A program made the position numbers and the translations under genes. Below, piece by piece: positions 1 to 12,990 of a DNA stretch of 64,000 nucleotides (within the stretch, counting starts at the first letter, position 1; every line of letters starts with the position of its first letter). Below the pieces are notes generated by a model. The model saw nothing but the letters and a program-made list of their open reading frames with translations, did no database searches and was not told where the DNA came from. This stretch comes from Octopus vulgaris (taxonomy: Eukaryota), in the NCBI GenBank assembly GCA_951406725.2, contig OX597838.1, positions 31,806,001 through 31,870,000 on the forward strand, read 5' to 3'.

Positions 1-384
1 AATATTGCTACTCCAATTCTGACTGGAGAAGTGGTTCTTTTTTGTTTGTCATGGTAACCAACCGGCTTAATGTTATTTTGTGATTGTTAAAAACTTGTTC
101 AAATCAAACTTTTACTTTGGTGGTGGTGGTGGTGGTGGTTGTAGTAGTAGTAGCAGCAGCAATTGTAACAAAATGGTATTAAACTTAGCAGAGAGGTGGT
201 GGTAGTGGAAGTAGCAGTGATGACTTTCAAACTAAAGTCTCTTTAGAAATTAACATTTAATTTTAGTACTATTAGCAGCAATGGCAGCAGTGACAGTTGA
301 AACAGAAAATGGTATTAGACTTAACAGAGGTGGTGGTGGTCGTGGTGGTGGTCGTGGTGTTACAGAGTGGTGGATTGGCAATGG

Positions 385-2268
385 GATTTTTACATTCTGT
401 TTTCAAATCTTGCTGAGATCAGCACTGCCTTTCATCTCTCTGGGTTGTGGGGAGTAGTGTGGGGGGAGCAGGGGGAAAGAAGATCCCAATCAAATACCAG
501 TATCAGTTTGACTACTGCCTCCTCAGAAATTTCAGACCTTGTAGAAACAGGTGTCATATCGGTGCTGGTTTGGCCAAATTGTTATGGTGTGAGAAAAATT
601 CCTCTTTCCAGCTCTTTACATTCTGAGTTCAAAACCTACTGAGATTAACTTTACCTTTCATTCCTCTGGGATCGACTAAATAAAGTACTGAAGTTGATGG
701 CATTGGTGAAATTTCTCCTTCAAGATTTCTGGCCTTGTGCCTCCATCAGAAATCAAGGGCCATGAGATGGCACAATTGCTAAAACCTTGGACAAAATGCT
801 TTGTTGTATTTCCTTAAGCTCTTTATGTTCTCAGTTCAACTTTGCTCTTCATCTTTCCAAGGTTGATAAAATAAAGTACCAGTTAAGTACCACTCCCCTC
901 TGAGTTACTGACCTTGTACCTGAATTAGAAATCATTGTCATTATCATTAATTAATTAATTAAGGTGGGGGAACTGGCAGAATTGTTGGCATGCTGGATGA
1001 AATGCTTAGCAGTATTTTGTCCATCTTTACATCTGAGCCCAAATTCCACCGAGGTTGATTTTTGCCTTTCATCCTTTCAGAGTTGAAAAATTTAAGTACC
1101 AGTCAAGCACTGGAGTTGATGTAATCAACTAGCCCCACCCTCAGATTTCAGTCCTCGTGCATATAGCAGAAAGGATTGTATTATTATTAATTGTTAGTGT
1201 ACTGGACAGAATGTTTTGCAGTATTTGTTCCAGCTGTTTGTGCTCTGAGTTCAAATCCTACCAAGGCCAATTTTTCCTTTCATTCTTTTGATAAAGTCCC
1301 TGCCATGTACTGGGATTATTAACATAATTGATTAAACCTCTTCCTTCAAGTTTCTGGCTTTGCACCGAATTTAGAAACAGTGAAGGGCAATGAGAAATGA
1401 AAGGCCTATTAGAGCACTGAAGTAAATGCTTTGCAGTACTTTTTCCAACTCCTTACATTTTGAGTTCAAATCACACTAAAGTCATCTTCATTTTCTTGGA
1501 GTTGATAAAATAAACTACCAGTCACGAAATGGGGTTGAAGTAATTGACTGGTCCTTGCCACCTAAAACTGCTAGCTTTATACCAAAATTTGAAATAATTA
1601 TGAAAGGTAGTTAGCTAGCAGAATTATCAGAGCATCAGAAAAGAAAAAAAAAAAAAAAGAAAATGATTTGTGATAATTCTTCTGATTCATTAAATTCTAG
1701 GTTAGAGTTTCTTCAGGACCAACTTTGGCTTTCAACTCCAGAGAGTTGCTGGCTTTATGCCAAAAATTGAAACTATTATTATTATTATTTTGCTGAGGTT
1801 GACCTTGCCTGAAATAAGTAAAAACTGATTACTGGGGGTTGATGTAATTAACTAATTCCTTCCCTTCAAAAATTTCAGGCATTGTGCCTATAGTAATATT
1901 TGACCCTGCCTTTCATCCTTTCAGTGTCAATAAAACTAAGTACCAGTAAAACACTGGGGTCAATATAATCGACTAGTCTCCTCTCCCAAATTTTAGGCCT
2001 TGTGCCTACAGCAGAAAGGACTATCATCATCATTATTGTTGTTGTTGTTATTATTATTATTAATATTAAGGCAGCAATCAAGCATGCTAGACAAAATGGT
2101 ATTTAGCACTTTCGGCTTTATGTTTAGAGTTCAAATGCCTCTGAGGTCAACTTTGCTTTCATCCTTTTGGGTTCAATAAAACAAGGTACCAGTCAAGTAC
2201 TGGGGTTGACGAAATTGACTAACCCTCTTTCCATAAAATTGCTGGCCTTGTGCCAAAATTTGAAAAAC
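385..2268 (+). mobile_element. Head-to-tail array of about 10 diverged tRNA-derived SINEs (family C)
   Basis: Recurring ~200-nt unit: TGGCAGAA (A box), CTGAGTTCAAAT (B box), TTTGCCTTTCATCC...AAGTACCAG, GGCCTTGTGCC, (ATT)n. Confidence 0.8.
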
Positions 2269-2682
2269 TACCACCACCACCACTTGTAGCAGCAGTATTC
2301 AGTTTAGCAATTACACGATTATTTTCTGTTGAGAATTCCAATTTTGTTTAAAAACACAACAATTTGGGAAAATCAATTAAAAAAAATGTGTTTATCGATT
2401 GATTGATATTCAATAAGTTGGAGTTCAGGTGAACTTCTCGAAGCAAGAGAGTTGAGTCAGCTGTTTTCTTTCACTTCCAAGATAAAACTGTCTCACTTCA
2501 TTTACACTGTTGGGGAAAGGCATGAACCTCACAGCTTCCTATTCTCCTTCCTCCTTCAACTTGAAAGACTGCTTCTCTGCATCTATTGACAAGAAACAAT
2601 AATTTGTTTATAAGGAATATTAAAAAGTCTCTTAGAGGAAGAAATAAGATGATGGATGAATTAAAATGTTTATAGGATAAAT

Positions 2683-2908
2683 CAGTGATTCTCAACCGGG
2701 GTCCATATGGCCCTTGCTGGGTGGGGTGGGGGTCCATATAAGATTTTGTTGTTAAAGATTATGTGCAATAAACTGGTTACACTTCTACAATACACAAAAT
2801 ATTTCATTTTTTTTAATGCAATTCCTAGTAATATTTATAAAAATACTGTAGGATTTTTTTTTTTATGGTTATGATGGTTGATAGGGAAAAAATGGTTGAG
2901 AACCACTG
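2683..2908. mobile_element. hAT-superfamily MITE
   Basis: TIRs CAGTGATTCTCAACC / GGTTGAGAACCACTG; perfect 8-bp TSD GGATAAAT. Confidence 0.9.
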
Positions 2909-2924
2909 GGATAAATGTTTGGAA

Positions 2925-3195
2925 TGTTAGCCCTTTTCATGGTCATCTTCACACTTACATGTTATCCCTCTCTCATCATCATCATTTTCCATATTAGCCT
3001 TTCCTGATCCTCATCTTCTGACTTTCATGTTTGCCCTCCCCCAACTATCATCTTCCCACTTTCATGTTAGCCCTCTCCCATCATCGTTAACTTCCATATT
3101 GGCCTTTCCCCATCATCATCTCCCAAATTCTATGTTAGCCCTCCCCTATCATCATCTCTCCCATCATTAACTCCCTATTTCTGTATTAGCCCTCT
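2925..3195. repeat. Degenerate ~35-nt tandem repeat (CATGTTAGCCCTCTCCCATCATC core)
   Basis: About 7 imperfect units. Confidence 0.6.
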
Positions 3196-3756
3196 TTTGT
3201 CAATGTATTGACAATGCATTGAGCCACTAAATCATTAGGTACCTCTCTGATTGCTTTGTCTACCTAGTTTGTGCGATTGATTGTTCCAATGACTATGTCG
3301 CCATTTAGATATCTCTCATAGAATATTGAAGCAAAGGAGTTTAAATATTTTATCAATGATTACAAAGCAAAACAGAAAATGGTTAGACTTAATCAATTTC
3401 CAAGTTAGTACATTTTTTTTATCAATTTATTTGTATATTATGTACATTATCCATATCTGCATATTAAATACATGGCCCAGTTCCCCAGTTATTTATTAAC
3501 TATATGGTCCATTTTATTCATACATTAAATACATAGATCAGCTCTATGTATTTATTTATTAACTATATGGCCCATCTCTCTATATTTATATATCAATTAT
3601 AAAGTGCAGCTTTGTTTATACATAGAGTGCATTGTTCCAGCGCTCTGTAAAATACACGGTTCACCTCTCTTATACTGTATATAAAGTCCATGGTCAAGCT
3701 CTATTTCTGTATTCAGTACTCTGTTCTGTACTGTTTATATGCGAAGCACATTCTCT

Positions 3757-3966
3757 CTTTTTTTACTCTTTTACTTGTTTCAGTCATTTGACTGCGGCCA
3801 TGCTGGAGCACCGCCTTTAATCGAGCAACACGACCCCGGGACTTATTCTTTTGTAAGCCCAGTACTTATTCTATTGGTCTCTTTTGCCGATCCGCTTAGT
3901 GACGGGGACATAAACACACCAGCATCGGTTGTCAAGCAATGCTAGGGGGACAAACACAGACACACG

Positions 3967-4037
<71 letters not shown>

Positions 4038-4200
4038 GACGGGCTTCTTCCAATTTCCGTCTACCAAATCCACTCACAAGGCTTTGGTCGGCCCCGGGCT
4101 ACAGTAGAAGACACTTGCCCAAGGTGCCACGCAGTGGGACTGAACCCGGAACCATGTGGTTGGTAAACAAGCTACTTACCACACAGCCACTCCTACGCCT
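3757..4200 (-). mobile_element. tRNA-derived SINE family A with internal (TA)n
   Basis: Minus-strand head TGGCTGTGTGG (A box) and GGTTCAGTCC (B box), internal microsatellite, tail GAAACAAGTAAAAGAG; at least 16 copies in window. Confidence 0.88.
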
Positions 4201-4596
4201 ATGTTTCAACTCTATACATTTCTATATTGAATTGAAGGTTCACCTTTTTAATATATCAAGTCCATGTTCTAACTCTCTTTATTTGTATATTTTAAGAAAA
4301 GGTCCATCTTCGATCAACATGTGTTATGTTAGCAGAGCTGGGGGGGGGGTACGACGTATATGGTCTAGCTATACTGAATATCTCATTGAAGGGGGACCTG
4401 TGAATTCTGTGGACTATTAAGTCTGTTGCATGAGAAATATGAAATGAATCATTAAGTTGTCAATTTAGCAAAAATTACTAAAATTTAATAAGGCTAATGA
4501 AGGAAAAACTTAATAATTCTGGGCCAGAGTTCTTTATTGAAAAAGAAAGTGTGTATATGTGTGTGTGTGTGTATATATATATATATCAAAAATTAT

Positions 4597-4790
4597 CATT
4601 TTAATGCCTGCTTTCCATGCTGGCATGGATAGGATGGTTTGACAGGGAAGTGGGGAGTTTCAGGGCTGTGTCTGGCTCCAGTTGTCTGTTTTGGCATGGT
4701 TTCTATGACTGGATGCCTTTCCTAATGCTGACCACTTTACAAGGTGTACTGGGTGCTTTTCTTGTACCACCAGCACTAGTGAGGTTGCCC
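4597..4790 (-). mobile_element. RTE LINE 3'-end fragment (family B), diverged
   Basis: TTCCATGCTGGCATGG...GGATGCCTTTCCTAATG motif shared with the LINE 3' UTR at 47552-48138. Confidence 0.65.
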
Positions 4791-5519
4791 TGTAGCTTGC
4801 ATGACAGAAAAGAACAGATAAAGAAAAGAAGGAGAAGCTCCCTCTATGAAGAAGAAGTATTTGGGAGGGGAGGGTGAGGATGAGTAGCTGTATGCTAGAT
4901 GTCAAAAGGCTAAGGGATGATAGAAGGACAAGCACAGTTGTATTGCTCTAGAGGGCGTATTTGGCTGAAGATGATAAGAGAAAAGTAGTGATGAGGTTTT
5001 AGAACAAGCTCAGAAGGAACAAAAGGAACAGCCGAGGATGGTGGATGATGGGAGAGGAAGAGAGTGGATGCTTTTTCATGAGAGTATGAGGATGGAATAA
5101 ACTAGGGATATATATATATTTGAGGTTAAGAAATAATCTGACTATATTTAATGGTACCTTTGTAGAAAGGTAAATTATATTTCATCGGCTAATTAACGTA
5201 ATGATTTATTGGTAGGGTAGCAAACAAATTACCTTATGGTGTTTAGTTCGCTCTGTTATTATGCTCTGAGTTCAAAATCTCTCTGATTTAGCCTTTCATG
5301 GTCAATAAAATGAAGGACCAGTCAATTACTGGAGTTGATGTAATTGACAGGCTCTTCCGCCAACTTTATGCTCTTGTCCTGATGTGTTAGTAATTATTGA
5401 GGAAAAATGTCATCATCCATACAGACCTTGCAAATCTTCTCAGATTAAGAGGCTCAAGATGACCAGTATTGAGTGCTTCTAGTTTCTATATACAGTGGTG
5501 TCAATACACAATGATAAAG

Positions 5520-5685
5520 GTGAAGTGTGTATATATAAGTCTTATACACCTTTCAACTAGAGTCGTAGATCTGCCTCTAAGGGAAGGATATATGTAGGCT
5601 CGAAGTCTCAAAGACTTTTCCATTTTTCCCAAGCATTAAATACACCTGCTTGTTATTTCACTTGACTCTGTCCTTTATTTTCTGT

Positions 5686-5723
<38 letters not shown>

Positions 5724-5920
5724 TTCAAATTTGAAATGATAGATCGCTAGCCACTACACATTCTTTATTTTCTCTCCTTGTTTCTTTCTGTGTTCCTTTC
5801 TGTTGAAGAGCGTAGGCTCGAAACGTTAAAGACTTTTTCACTTCCCTAGCATTATACTAATACATGTTTGTTGTCTACACCACCTGTCTTCATCTTTTGT
5901 TTTTTTAAGAATTCTCCCTA
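5520..5920 (+). mobile_element. Two tandem copies of a Penelope-like terminal repeat with a hammerhead-like motif
   Basis: CTTT-CTGTTGA-A-GAGC-GTAG-GCTC-GAAA-CG-TT-AAAG at 5796-5831; degraded copy near 5575-5615; third copy on - strand near 26215-26390. Confidence 0.5.
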
Positions 5921-5962
5921 TGTATATATTTATATTTGTGTGTGTTTTAAGGAATGTAGTAT

Positions 5963-6193
5963 ACTCTTTACTCTTTTTACTCTTTTACTTGTTTCAGTCA
6001 TTTGACTGCGGCCATGCTGGAGCACTGCCTTTAGTTGAACAAATTGACCCTGGGACTTATTCTTTGTAAGCCCAGTACTTATTCTATTGGTCTCTTTTGC
6101 CAAACCGCTAAGTGACAGCGACGTAAACACACCAGCATCGGTTGTCAAGCAATGCTAGGGGGACAAACACAGACACACAAACATACACACACA

Positions 6194-6237
<44 letters not shown>

Positions 6238-6443
6238 CATACATATATATATATATATATATACATACATACATATATACGACGGGCTTCTTTCAGTTTC
6301 CATCTATCAAATCCACTCACAAAGCTTTGGTCGGCCCGAGGCTATAGTAGAAGACACTCGCCCAAGATGTCATGCACTGGGACTGAACCCGGAACCATGT
6401 GGTTGGTAAGCAAGCTACTTACCACACACCCACTCCTGCGCCT
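5963..6443 (-). mobile_element. SINE family A
   Basis: Near-identical to 3757-4200; internal (CA)n(TA)n. Confidence 0.88.
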
Positions 6444-6715
6444 ATATGATTATTTTTCATGTGTCATTCTAAATTTTAATTTTTTCATATAATGTTTCTT
6501 TGAATATTTTTTTTGAATATTTCCTATTTCATTAAGTCTTTTATTCTTATACAGAATCATGGAGAAATATTCTTGTTACATCTACAGTTAATTCCTATCC
6601 CTAACACACACACACACACATAAACACATCAGAGGTTAATCATGCAACGTGCACACACACTCACACACACACTTTAGAGACTGATAATATAAACTGTTGA
6701 TATTAGAGCTGTACC

Positions 6716-6748
<33 letters not shown>

Positions 6749-7236
6749 CAACAGTCACATTCTGACAGAAGATTGTATGTGTAATAATAAATCAATGTCT
6801 GGTTCGTTAATGTTCCTCTTAATGGCTGTATTTACAGTAAAGGGAGATAATTGTCCTCTTTACAGCTTCCTTTACCTTGTGACTGTTTTTTTTTCCTATC
6901 TGACAGGCAGCTGGTGATGGTTACAGCAAGCAACACCAGTGATTGAATGAATGAATAAATGTGTAAGTGTGGATGTGTAACCACCGCCTAATATGGTAAG
7001 TTTGTAGCGTAAGGGAGATAAATCTGTTTGTGTTAATTTGGAGCCAGCTCCAGTTCGGTGCCAAGCCCAGAATCTTATCGCTTTCATCCAACTTGTGATG
7101 ACCTCCTTTTAGCCTTTTCTGCAATGCCTCTCACAGAGGACAGCAACTCTATACAGTCGCACAAATTACATTTCTTCTGTTGATTCCTTCTTCTTCTCCT
7201 TACCTCTCTTACTGACTGGCATCACTGAACTAATGT

Positions 7237-7447
7237 TCTTTTACTTGTTTCAGTCATTTGACTGCGGCCGGTCATGCTGGAGCACCGCCTTTAATCGAGC
7301 AACTCGACCCCCGGGACTTATTCTTTTGTAAGCCCAGTACTTATTCTATCGGTCTCTTTTTGCCGAACCGCTAAGTGACAGGGACGTAAACACACCAGCA
7401 TCGGTTGTCAAGCAATGCTAGGGGGACAAACACACAAACACACACAC

Positions 7448-7516
<69 letters not shown>

Positions 7517-7674
7517 GCTTCTTTCAGTTTCCGTCTACCAAATCCACTCACAAGGCTTTTGTCGGCCCGAGGCTATAGTAGAAGACACTTGCCCAAGGTG
7601 CAACGCAGTGGGACTGAACCCGGAACCATGTGGTTGGTAAGCAAGCTACTTACTACACAGCCACTCCTAAGCCT
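7237..7674 (-). mobile_element. SINE family A
   Basis: Full head, body and tail. Confidence 0.88.
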
Positions 7675-7895
7675 ATGTTAATGGTAACATAGCTAGACTT
7701 AACTAAATTTGTAAGGACACTCACAAGCACACACACACACACACACACGGCTGTGTGGCTAACACATGCTTGGGTGTTTAGTCCCACTGCATGGCACATT
7801 AGGTAAATGTCTTCTATTGTAACCCTGAGTCCCATAGCCTTCTGAATGGATTTGGTCGATGAAAACTTAGAGAAGCCCATCATATATGTATATAT

Positions 7896-8290
7896 AGGTG
7901 CAGGAGTGGCTTTGTGGTAAGTAGCTTGCTTACCAACCACATGGTTCTGGGTTCAGTCTCACTGCGTGGCACCTTGGGCAAGTGTCTTCTACTATAGCCT
8001 CGGGTCGACCAATGCCTTGTGAGTGGATTTGGTAGACGGAAACTGAAAGAAGCCCGTCGTATATATGTATGTGTGTGTGTGTTTGTCTCCCTAGCATTGC
8101 TTGACAACCGATGCTGGTGTGTTTATGTCCTCGTTACTAAGCGGTTCGGCAAAAGAGACCGATAGAATAAGTACTGGGCTTACAAAAGAATAAGTCCAGG
8201 GGTCGAGTTTGCTCGATTAAAGGCGGTGCTCCAGCATGGCTGCAGTCAAATGACTGAAACAAGTAAAAGAGTAAAAGAGAGAGAAAAGAG
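7896..8290 (+). mobile_element. SINE family A, preceded by an older diverged head at ~7748-7885
   Basis: AGGTGCAGGAGTGGCT...GAAACAAGTAAAAGAG. Confidence 0.87.
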
Positions 8291-8439
8291 TATATACTTG
8301 TGTGCATGAGGCATATGTGTTTGTGTCTCCTCAGGTCGACCCATATTTTGTGAGTGAAATTAGATTGACAGAAACTGTATGGAAGCCCGCTGTACAAATT
8401 GTATTTGTAATTCAAAAAAGAGCAACCTTGTTACATAAT

Positions 8440-8645
8440 CTGTCGTGCTGATTCTCCTTCAGAATTATGTTGAGGGTACATATTTCACTGAATCCATTGT
8501 GGACTGTCACCTTGATGACCGTGCTTCTCTGCATAACTTGTCCGGCCTTCACAAGCCATTCATCTGCTCTTAGAAACCACCAAATTACAGAGTGTGGAAA
8601 GCCAGTCAAAAACCTTTTCCAGATTGATTAATGCCAGGTATAGGC
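8440..8645 (-). pseudogene. Degraded RTE LINE reverse-transcriptase fragment
   Basis: Frameshifted YLALINLEKVFD / PHSVIWWFLRA-DEWLVKAGQVMQRSTVIKVTVHNGFSE resembles RT motif DLEKAFDRVPR..IWW.LR. Confidence 0.7.
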
Positions 8646-8696
8646 ACTTCTTCCTAGCTAACTACTTTTGCAGTTGTCACATTAGGGAGATGCATC

Positions 8697-8800
8697 AATT
8701 GTACCTCTTTCTGGCATAATTGTACCTCTTTCTGGCACAACTGTACCTCCTCCTGACATAACTGTACCTTTTTCTGGTATAAAATGAAACTGCACCTCAT
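8697..8800. repeat. 21-nt tandem repeat AATTGTACCTCTTTCTGGCAT, 4-5 units
   Basis: Direct inspection. Confidence 0.7.
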
Positions 8801-8865
8801 CTAGGATAATAAGATGAGGTGCACTTTACGGATTGTATTAATCTACATATAAACATATTCCCATT

Positions 8866-9255
8866 TCATCATCATCATCATCATCGTTTAACGTCCGCCT
8901 TCCATGCTAGCATGGGTTGGACGATTTTGACTGAGGTGTGGCAAGCCAGATGGCTGCACCAGGCTCCGATCTTGATCTGGTAGTGTTTCTACAGCTGGAT
9001 GCCCTTCCTGACGCCAACCACTCTGAGAGCGTGGTGGGTGTTTTTTACGTGCCCAGTCAGGCGGTACTGGCAATAACCTCGCTTGAATCTTTTTACACAT
9101 GCCACCAGCACAGGTGTCAGTGAAGCAGCGTTGGTAACGATCACACTCGAATGGTGCGCTTATACGTGCCACAGGTACGGAAGCCAGTTGGCTGCTCTGG
9201 CAACGATCACGCTCGGATGGTGGGTACAGAAGCCAGTTGACTGCTCTGGCAATTT
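8866..9255 (-). mobile_element. RTE LINE 3'-end fragment (family B) with (GAT)n tail
   Basis: (CAT)n-CGTTTAACGTCCG...; internal ~60-nt repeats. Confidence 0.85.
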
Positions 9256-10589
9256 CATTGTCCATATAATGCACAGCTTCCCTTCAACATGATGGTCAGT
9301 ATAGCTGGGCCATATACCTAATAAATAGTCTTATAACTATTTCCATCTACCAATCATGATATTGTGCTGAATAAACTGTGCTTGGAAAATAAGACAGGAT
9401 GGTTATGGTGTGAATGCTTTTGATCGTAGGTTTTGCTTAATCAGCATTGGCCTAGGGCTAAACAACAACTTGCTTCTCACTCATTGTCATCTCTCATAAT
9501 TACCCGACTGTTTGCCATCTTGAAATGTGTGCCTTGGTTTTTCTTCTCACCTTCCTGTATCCCTGACTGACATTTCTGACTCGTGTACTCTTGATCTCTT
9601 TGTTACCTCCATAACCAATCTTTACTCTACAATCACAGCCTCTGCTCTCTCTCTACACATATAGCAGTGTCTGATTAGCACCTAATTAAAACCAAACCAT
9701 TCAACTGCACCTCTTGTACTTTAAGTCAGTTGACCATGGATGCAACTGTCTCTTCTGACTTAGTGAAGTGGTTGACTGAGAATATCCTCCCAAATATGTC
9801 CCCCTTGCAAATCAAGCTGCTAGAAAGAGCAGCAAAATCTCCCTTCCTCAAACCACTCTCTACTGTCTAATAAAAGGGCACATTAGATAATGATGTCTTG
9901 AGTACTCAATTTCAAAAGACAAAGCAGTATAGTCATGGTTGGATTGGCCTTTGCTGCTATGCCTGTCTACTTCATCAGGACTGGAAAATCACCTTCAACT
10001 ACAAAGCCCATGGCTATGAAATCTCACATGTGGCAATATGAGGAAAGACCTACACTTGGTCACTTCACCTGCTTCTGATAGTTGTGAAATCTCTTTGAAA
10101 TCATATCTGATCCAGTCTTAAAAGGAAACAGGCACATTAGATAATGTAGTTCTGTATACACACTGCCTTAAAAAAATACTGAAGGGTCACCGTTTGGATG
10201 CTGTAGCATAGCCATACTTGTGCAGGTCGTCTGAACGCAACATTTGTAGATCAACTGATCAGAGACCCAGGATGCCTTCCCAAAGACCTCCTTCAACTAA
10301 TGCAGGACCAAGATGGATGGCATGCGTGGGTTAAAGATTTCTGCACAAGTTTCATCAGTTGGTGATGATGCCTGATGATGATGCTTAAATAACAGCAGCT
10401 ACTTAATTCCAAGTGGTTACCACACAACTGGGGTGTTATTGTAGAAGTTTTTTTTCTGACTACATGAAGGACATCTTTGCTACCAACTGTCACCAAGTGG
10501 GAATCCTTTACCTCATGCAAGATGACCATCGTTACGATTTTCATGCATGCATATGTGCATGTGCACACACGTGCACACGCATACCTTTC

Positions 10590-10930
10590 TTTATCTTTTA
10601 CTTGTTTCAGTCTTTGAACTGCAGCAATGCTGGGCACTCTACTTGGAAAGTTTTCATCACAGAAATCAGCCCCAGTCCTCATTTTTCAGTCTAGCACTTA
10701 TTCTATTGGTCCCTTTTACTAAACCGCTAAGTTACGGAGACGTAAACAAACTAATACTGGTTGTGAAGTGGAAGCAGGAGATAAACATATGCACATCATC
10801 ATTGAACGTCCGTTGTCCATGCTGCCATGGGTTGGACAGTTTGACTGGGCTGGCATGCTGGAAGGTTGTACCAGGCTCCAATCTGATTTGGCATGGTTTT
10901 CTATGGCTGGATGCCCTTCCTAACGCCATG
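10590..10930 (-). mobile_element. Diverged SINE A tail joined to a family B fragment
   Basis: CTTTTACTTGTTTCAGTC... followed by CATCATCATTGAACGTCC...GGATGCCCTTCCTAACGCC. Confidence 0.7.
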
Positions 10931-11665
10931 CGCATATATTTATATAAATATACGTTGGTCTTCCACACAGTTTCTATTCTATTATAAAGTTGAGTGATGT
11001 TTCTCTGTCTGTTATGTTTTTATGTTCGTTAACTTCTCCTAGACTGTTGGTACAAGGACAACAAAACTCAAACCAGCGATTCCCCTAATCTCAGGGAATG
11101 TCCTAAGGGGGTCTATTTTTTTTAAGGGCCACCTGATTGGAGCCCCACTGACCCCCCATTTTTACTTCATTTTAAACTACATACATGGCATTGACGACCA
11201 AATCAGAGCAATGACAATGAATTTTCATACCATGAATTGTAAGGAGGCTCAATTTCTGAAGGGCTGCTTATATGGGGCCCCCACAGACCCCTACCCCTAT
11301 TTTTACTACATTTACCTTGCTCCTACACTTTTTGATTAAACTATGATCAGCATCAGTGCTTAGCACATTTGCAGAAATAAGTTTGAGCATTCTAAATACC
11401 TTCATCTACATTGAAATCGAGATGAAGATTTATAACAGGTACGTTTCAAGTGTGGTGGTGTGGATATTTATATTTTGTAGTTTATGAAACTTATGTCTAG
11501 TCTACCATATTCTCTCACAGGGCATTGGTTGACCCAGTTGTATAGTAGAAAACACTTGCTCAAGGTGCTGTACAGTGGGACTGAACCCCAAACCACATGG
11601 CTACAAAGTGAGCTTTGTAACAACATAGTTGATTTAATCTCTCTACCTAGCTGCCTACCTACCTA

Positions 11666-11900
11666 CCTATTTCTTTACAACCCACAAGGGGCTAAACACA
11701 GAGGGGACAAACAAGGACAGAGAAAGGGATTAAGTCGATTATATCGACCCCAGTGTGTAACTGGTACTTATTTAACTGACCCCGAAAGGATGAAAGGCAA
11801 AGTCGACCTCGGCAGAATTTGAACTCAGAATGTAGCGGCGGACGAAATACCGCAAAGTATTTCGCCCGGCGTGCTAACGTTTTATGCCTGCTCACCGCCT
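11666..11900 (-). mobile_element. SINE family C, intact young-looking copy
   Basis: Full head and central TTTGCCTTTCATCCTTTCGGGGTC domain; tail GTCCCCTCTGTGTTTAGCCCCTTGTGGG. Confidence 0.88.
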
Positions 11901-11955
11901 TACCTACCTACCTATCTATCTACCTACCTACCTATCTATCTACCTATCTATCTAC

Positions 11956-12030
<75 letters not shown>

Positions 12031-12150
12031 CCTACCTACCTATCCACCTGCCTACCTATCTAGCTGTGTGTGTGTGTGTGAAGAGATAGAAAATTAATCT
12101 ATTTACCTACCTACCTATCTATATATATATGTATGTATGTATGTGTGTGT
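11901..12150. repeat. (CTAT)n/(CTAC)n microsatellite
   Basis: Direct inspection. Confidence 0.9.
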
Positions 12151-12674
12151 GTACTATTATGCCATTCTACATGTAGCAAAATTGTTTTTGAAGATTTCCA
12201 TAAAATTTGCAGTTGAATGTGTTGTTCTGAAGAACAAATTTCTGACACTCACCAATAATTTCCACAAAATTCTTTCTCTACCAAGCTCAGCACACTGCAC
12301 TTAACAACGCTCTATATATCTATTACATTATACATCAGTAGTATATCAGTAAACTATGGCTGGAAATAGAAATGAAAGCTTTGATGTGGTCATCAGTTTA
12401 GCAACAACAATATTAACTTTACCCATTTATGTTTGGTTGGCTTCATCATGTTATTCATGGCTTTGATCTGCCGCCACACTTTCTCTCTTAGATTGCCACA
12501 GATAAAAACTTGATTCCATCATCAGTCTTCAGTCTGTCAGCATTTAATTGGCTAATATTTTGCTCAATAATAGTGTTTCGTCGTTATCTTCTCGTTAATA
12601 CTTTCCTCGGTAATATCTGCCTCTCTAATTTCTCAGCAATATTTCTTGTAGCTAAAGAGCTGTCTCCTGCATGC

Positions 12675-12939
12675 TCCCTCCCTCCCTCTGTCTCTGTCTC
12701 ACTCTGTCTCTGTCTCTCTCTCTCTCTCTCACACACTCTCCCTATCTCTCACTCTCTCTCTCACACAATCACTCTCTCACACACTCACTCTCTCACACAC
12801 ACTCTCTCTCTCTCTCACACTCTGTCCCTCTCTCTCCTTCTCTCTCGCTCTCTCTCTCTCACTCTCTCTCTCTCTCTCTCACATACTCACTCTCTCACAC
12901 ACTCACTCTCTCACACACTCTCTCTCTCTCTCTCACTCA

Positions 12940-12972
<33 letters not shown>

Positions 12973-12990
12973 TCTCTCTCTCTCTCTCTT
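12675..12990. repeat. (CT)n/(CA)n compound microsatellite
   Basis: Direct inspection. Confidence 0.9.

Noticed and set aside
3929-4420. Recurrent ORFs MSSNARGTNTDT.../MLGGQTQTH...EDTCPRCHAVGLNPEPCGW seen many times
   Set aside because: Translations of SINE family A plus its microsatellite, not a protein family
11375-11438. Candidate upstream BLTP2 exon ending ACAG|gtacgt
   Set aside because: No resemblance to the expected EIDNLWISSKLL-type segment; lies in a probable repeat (~10980-11450)
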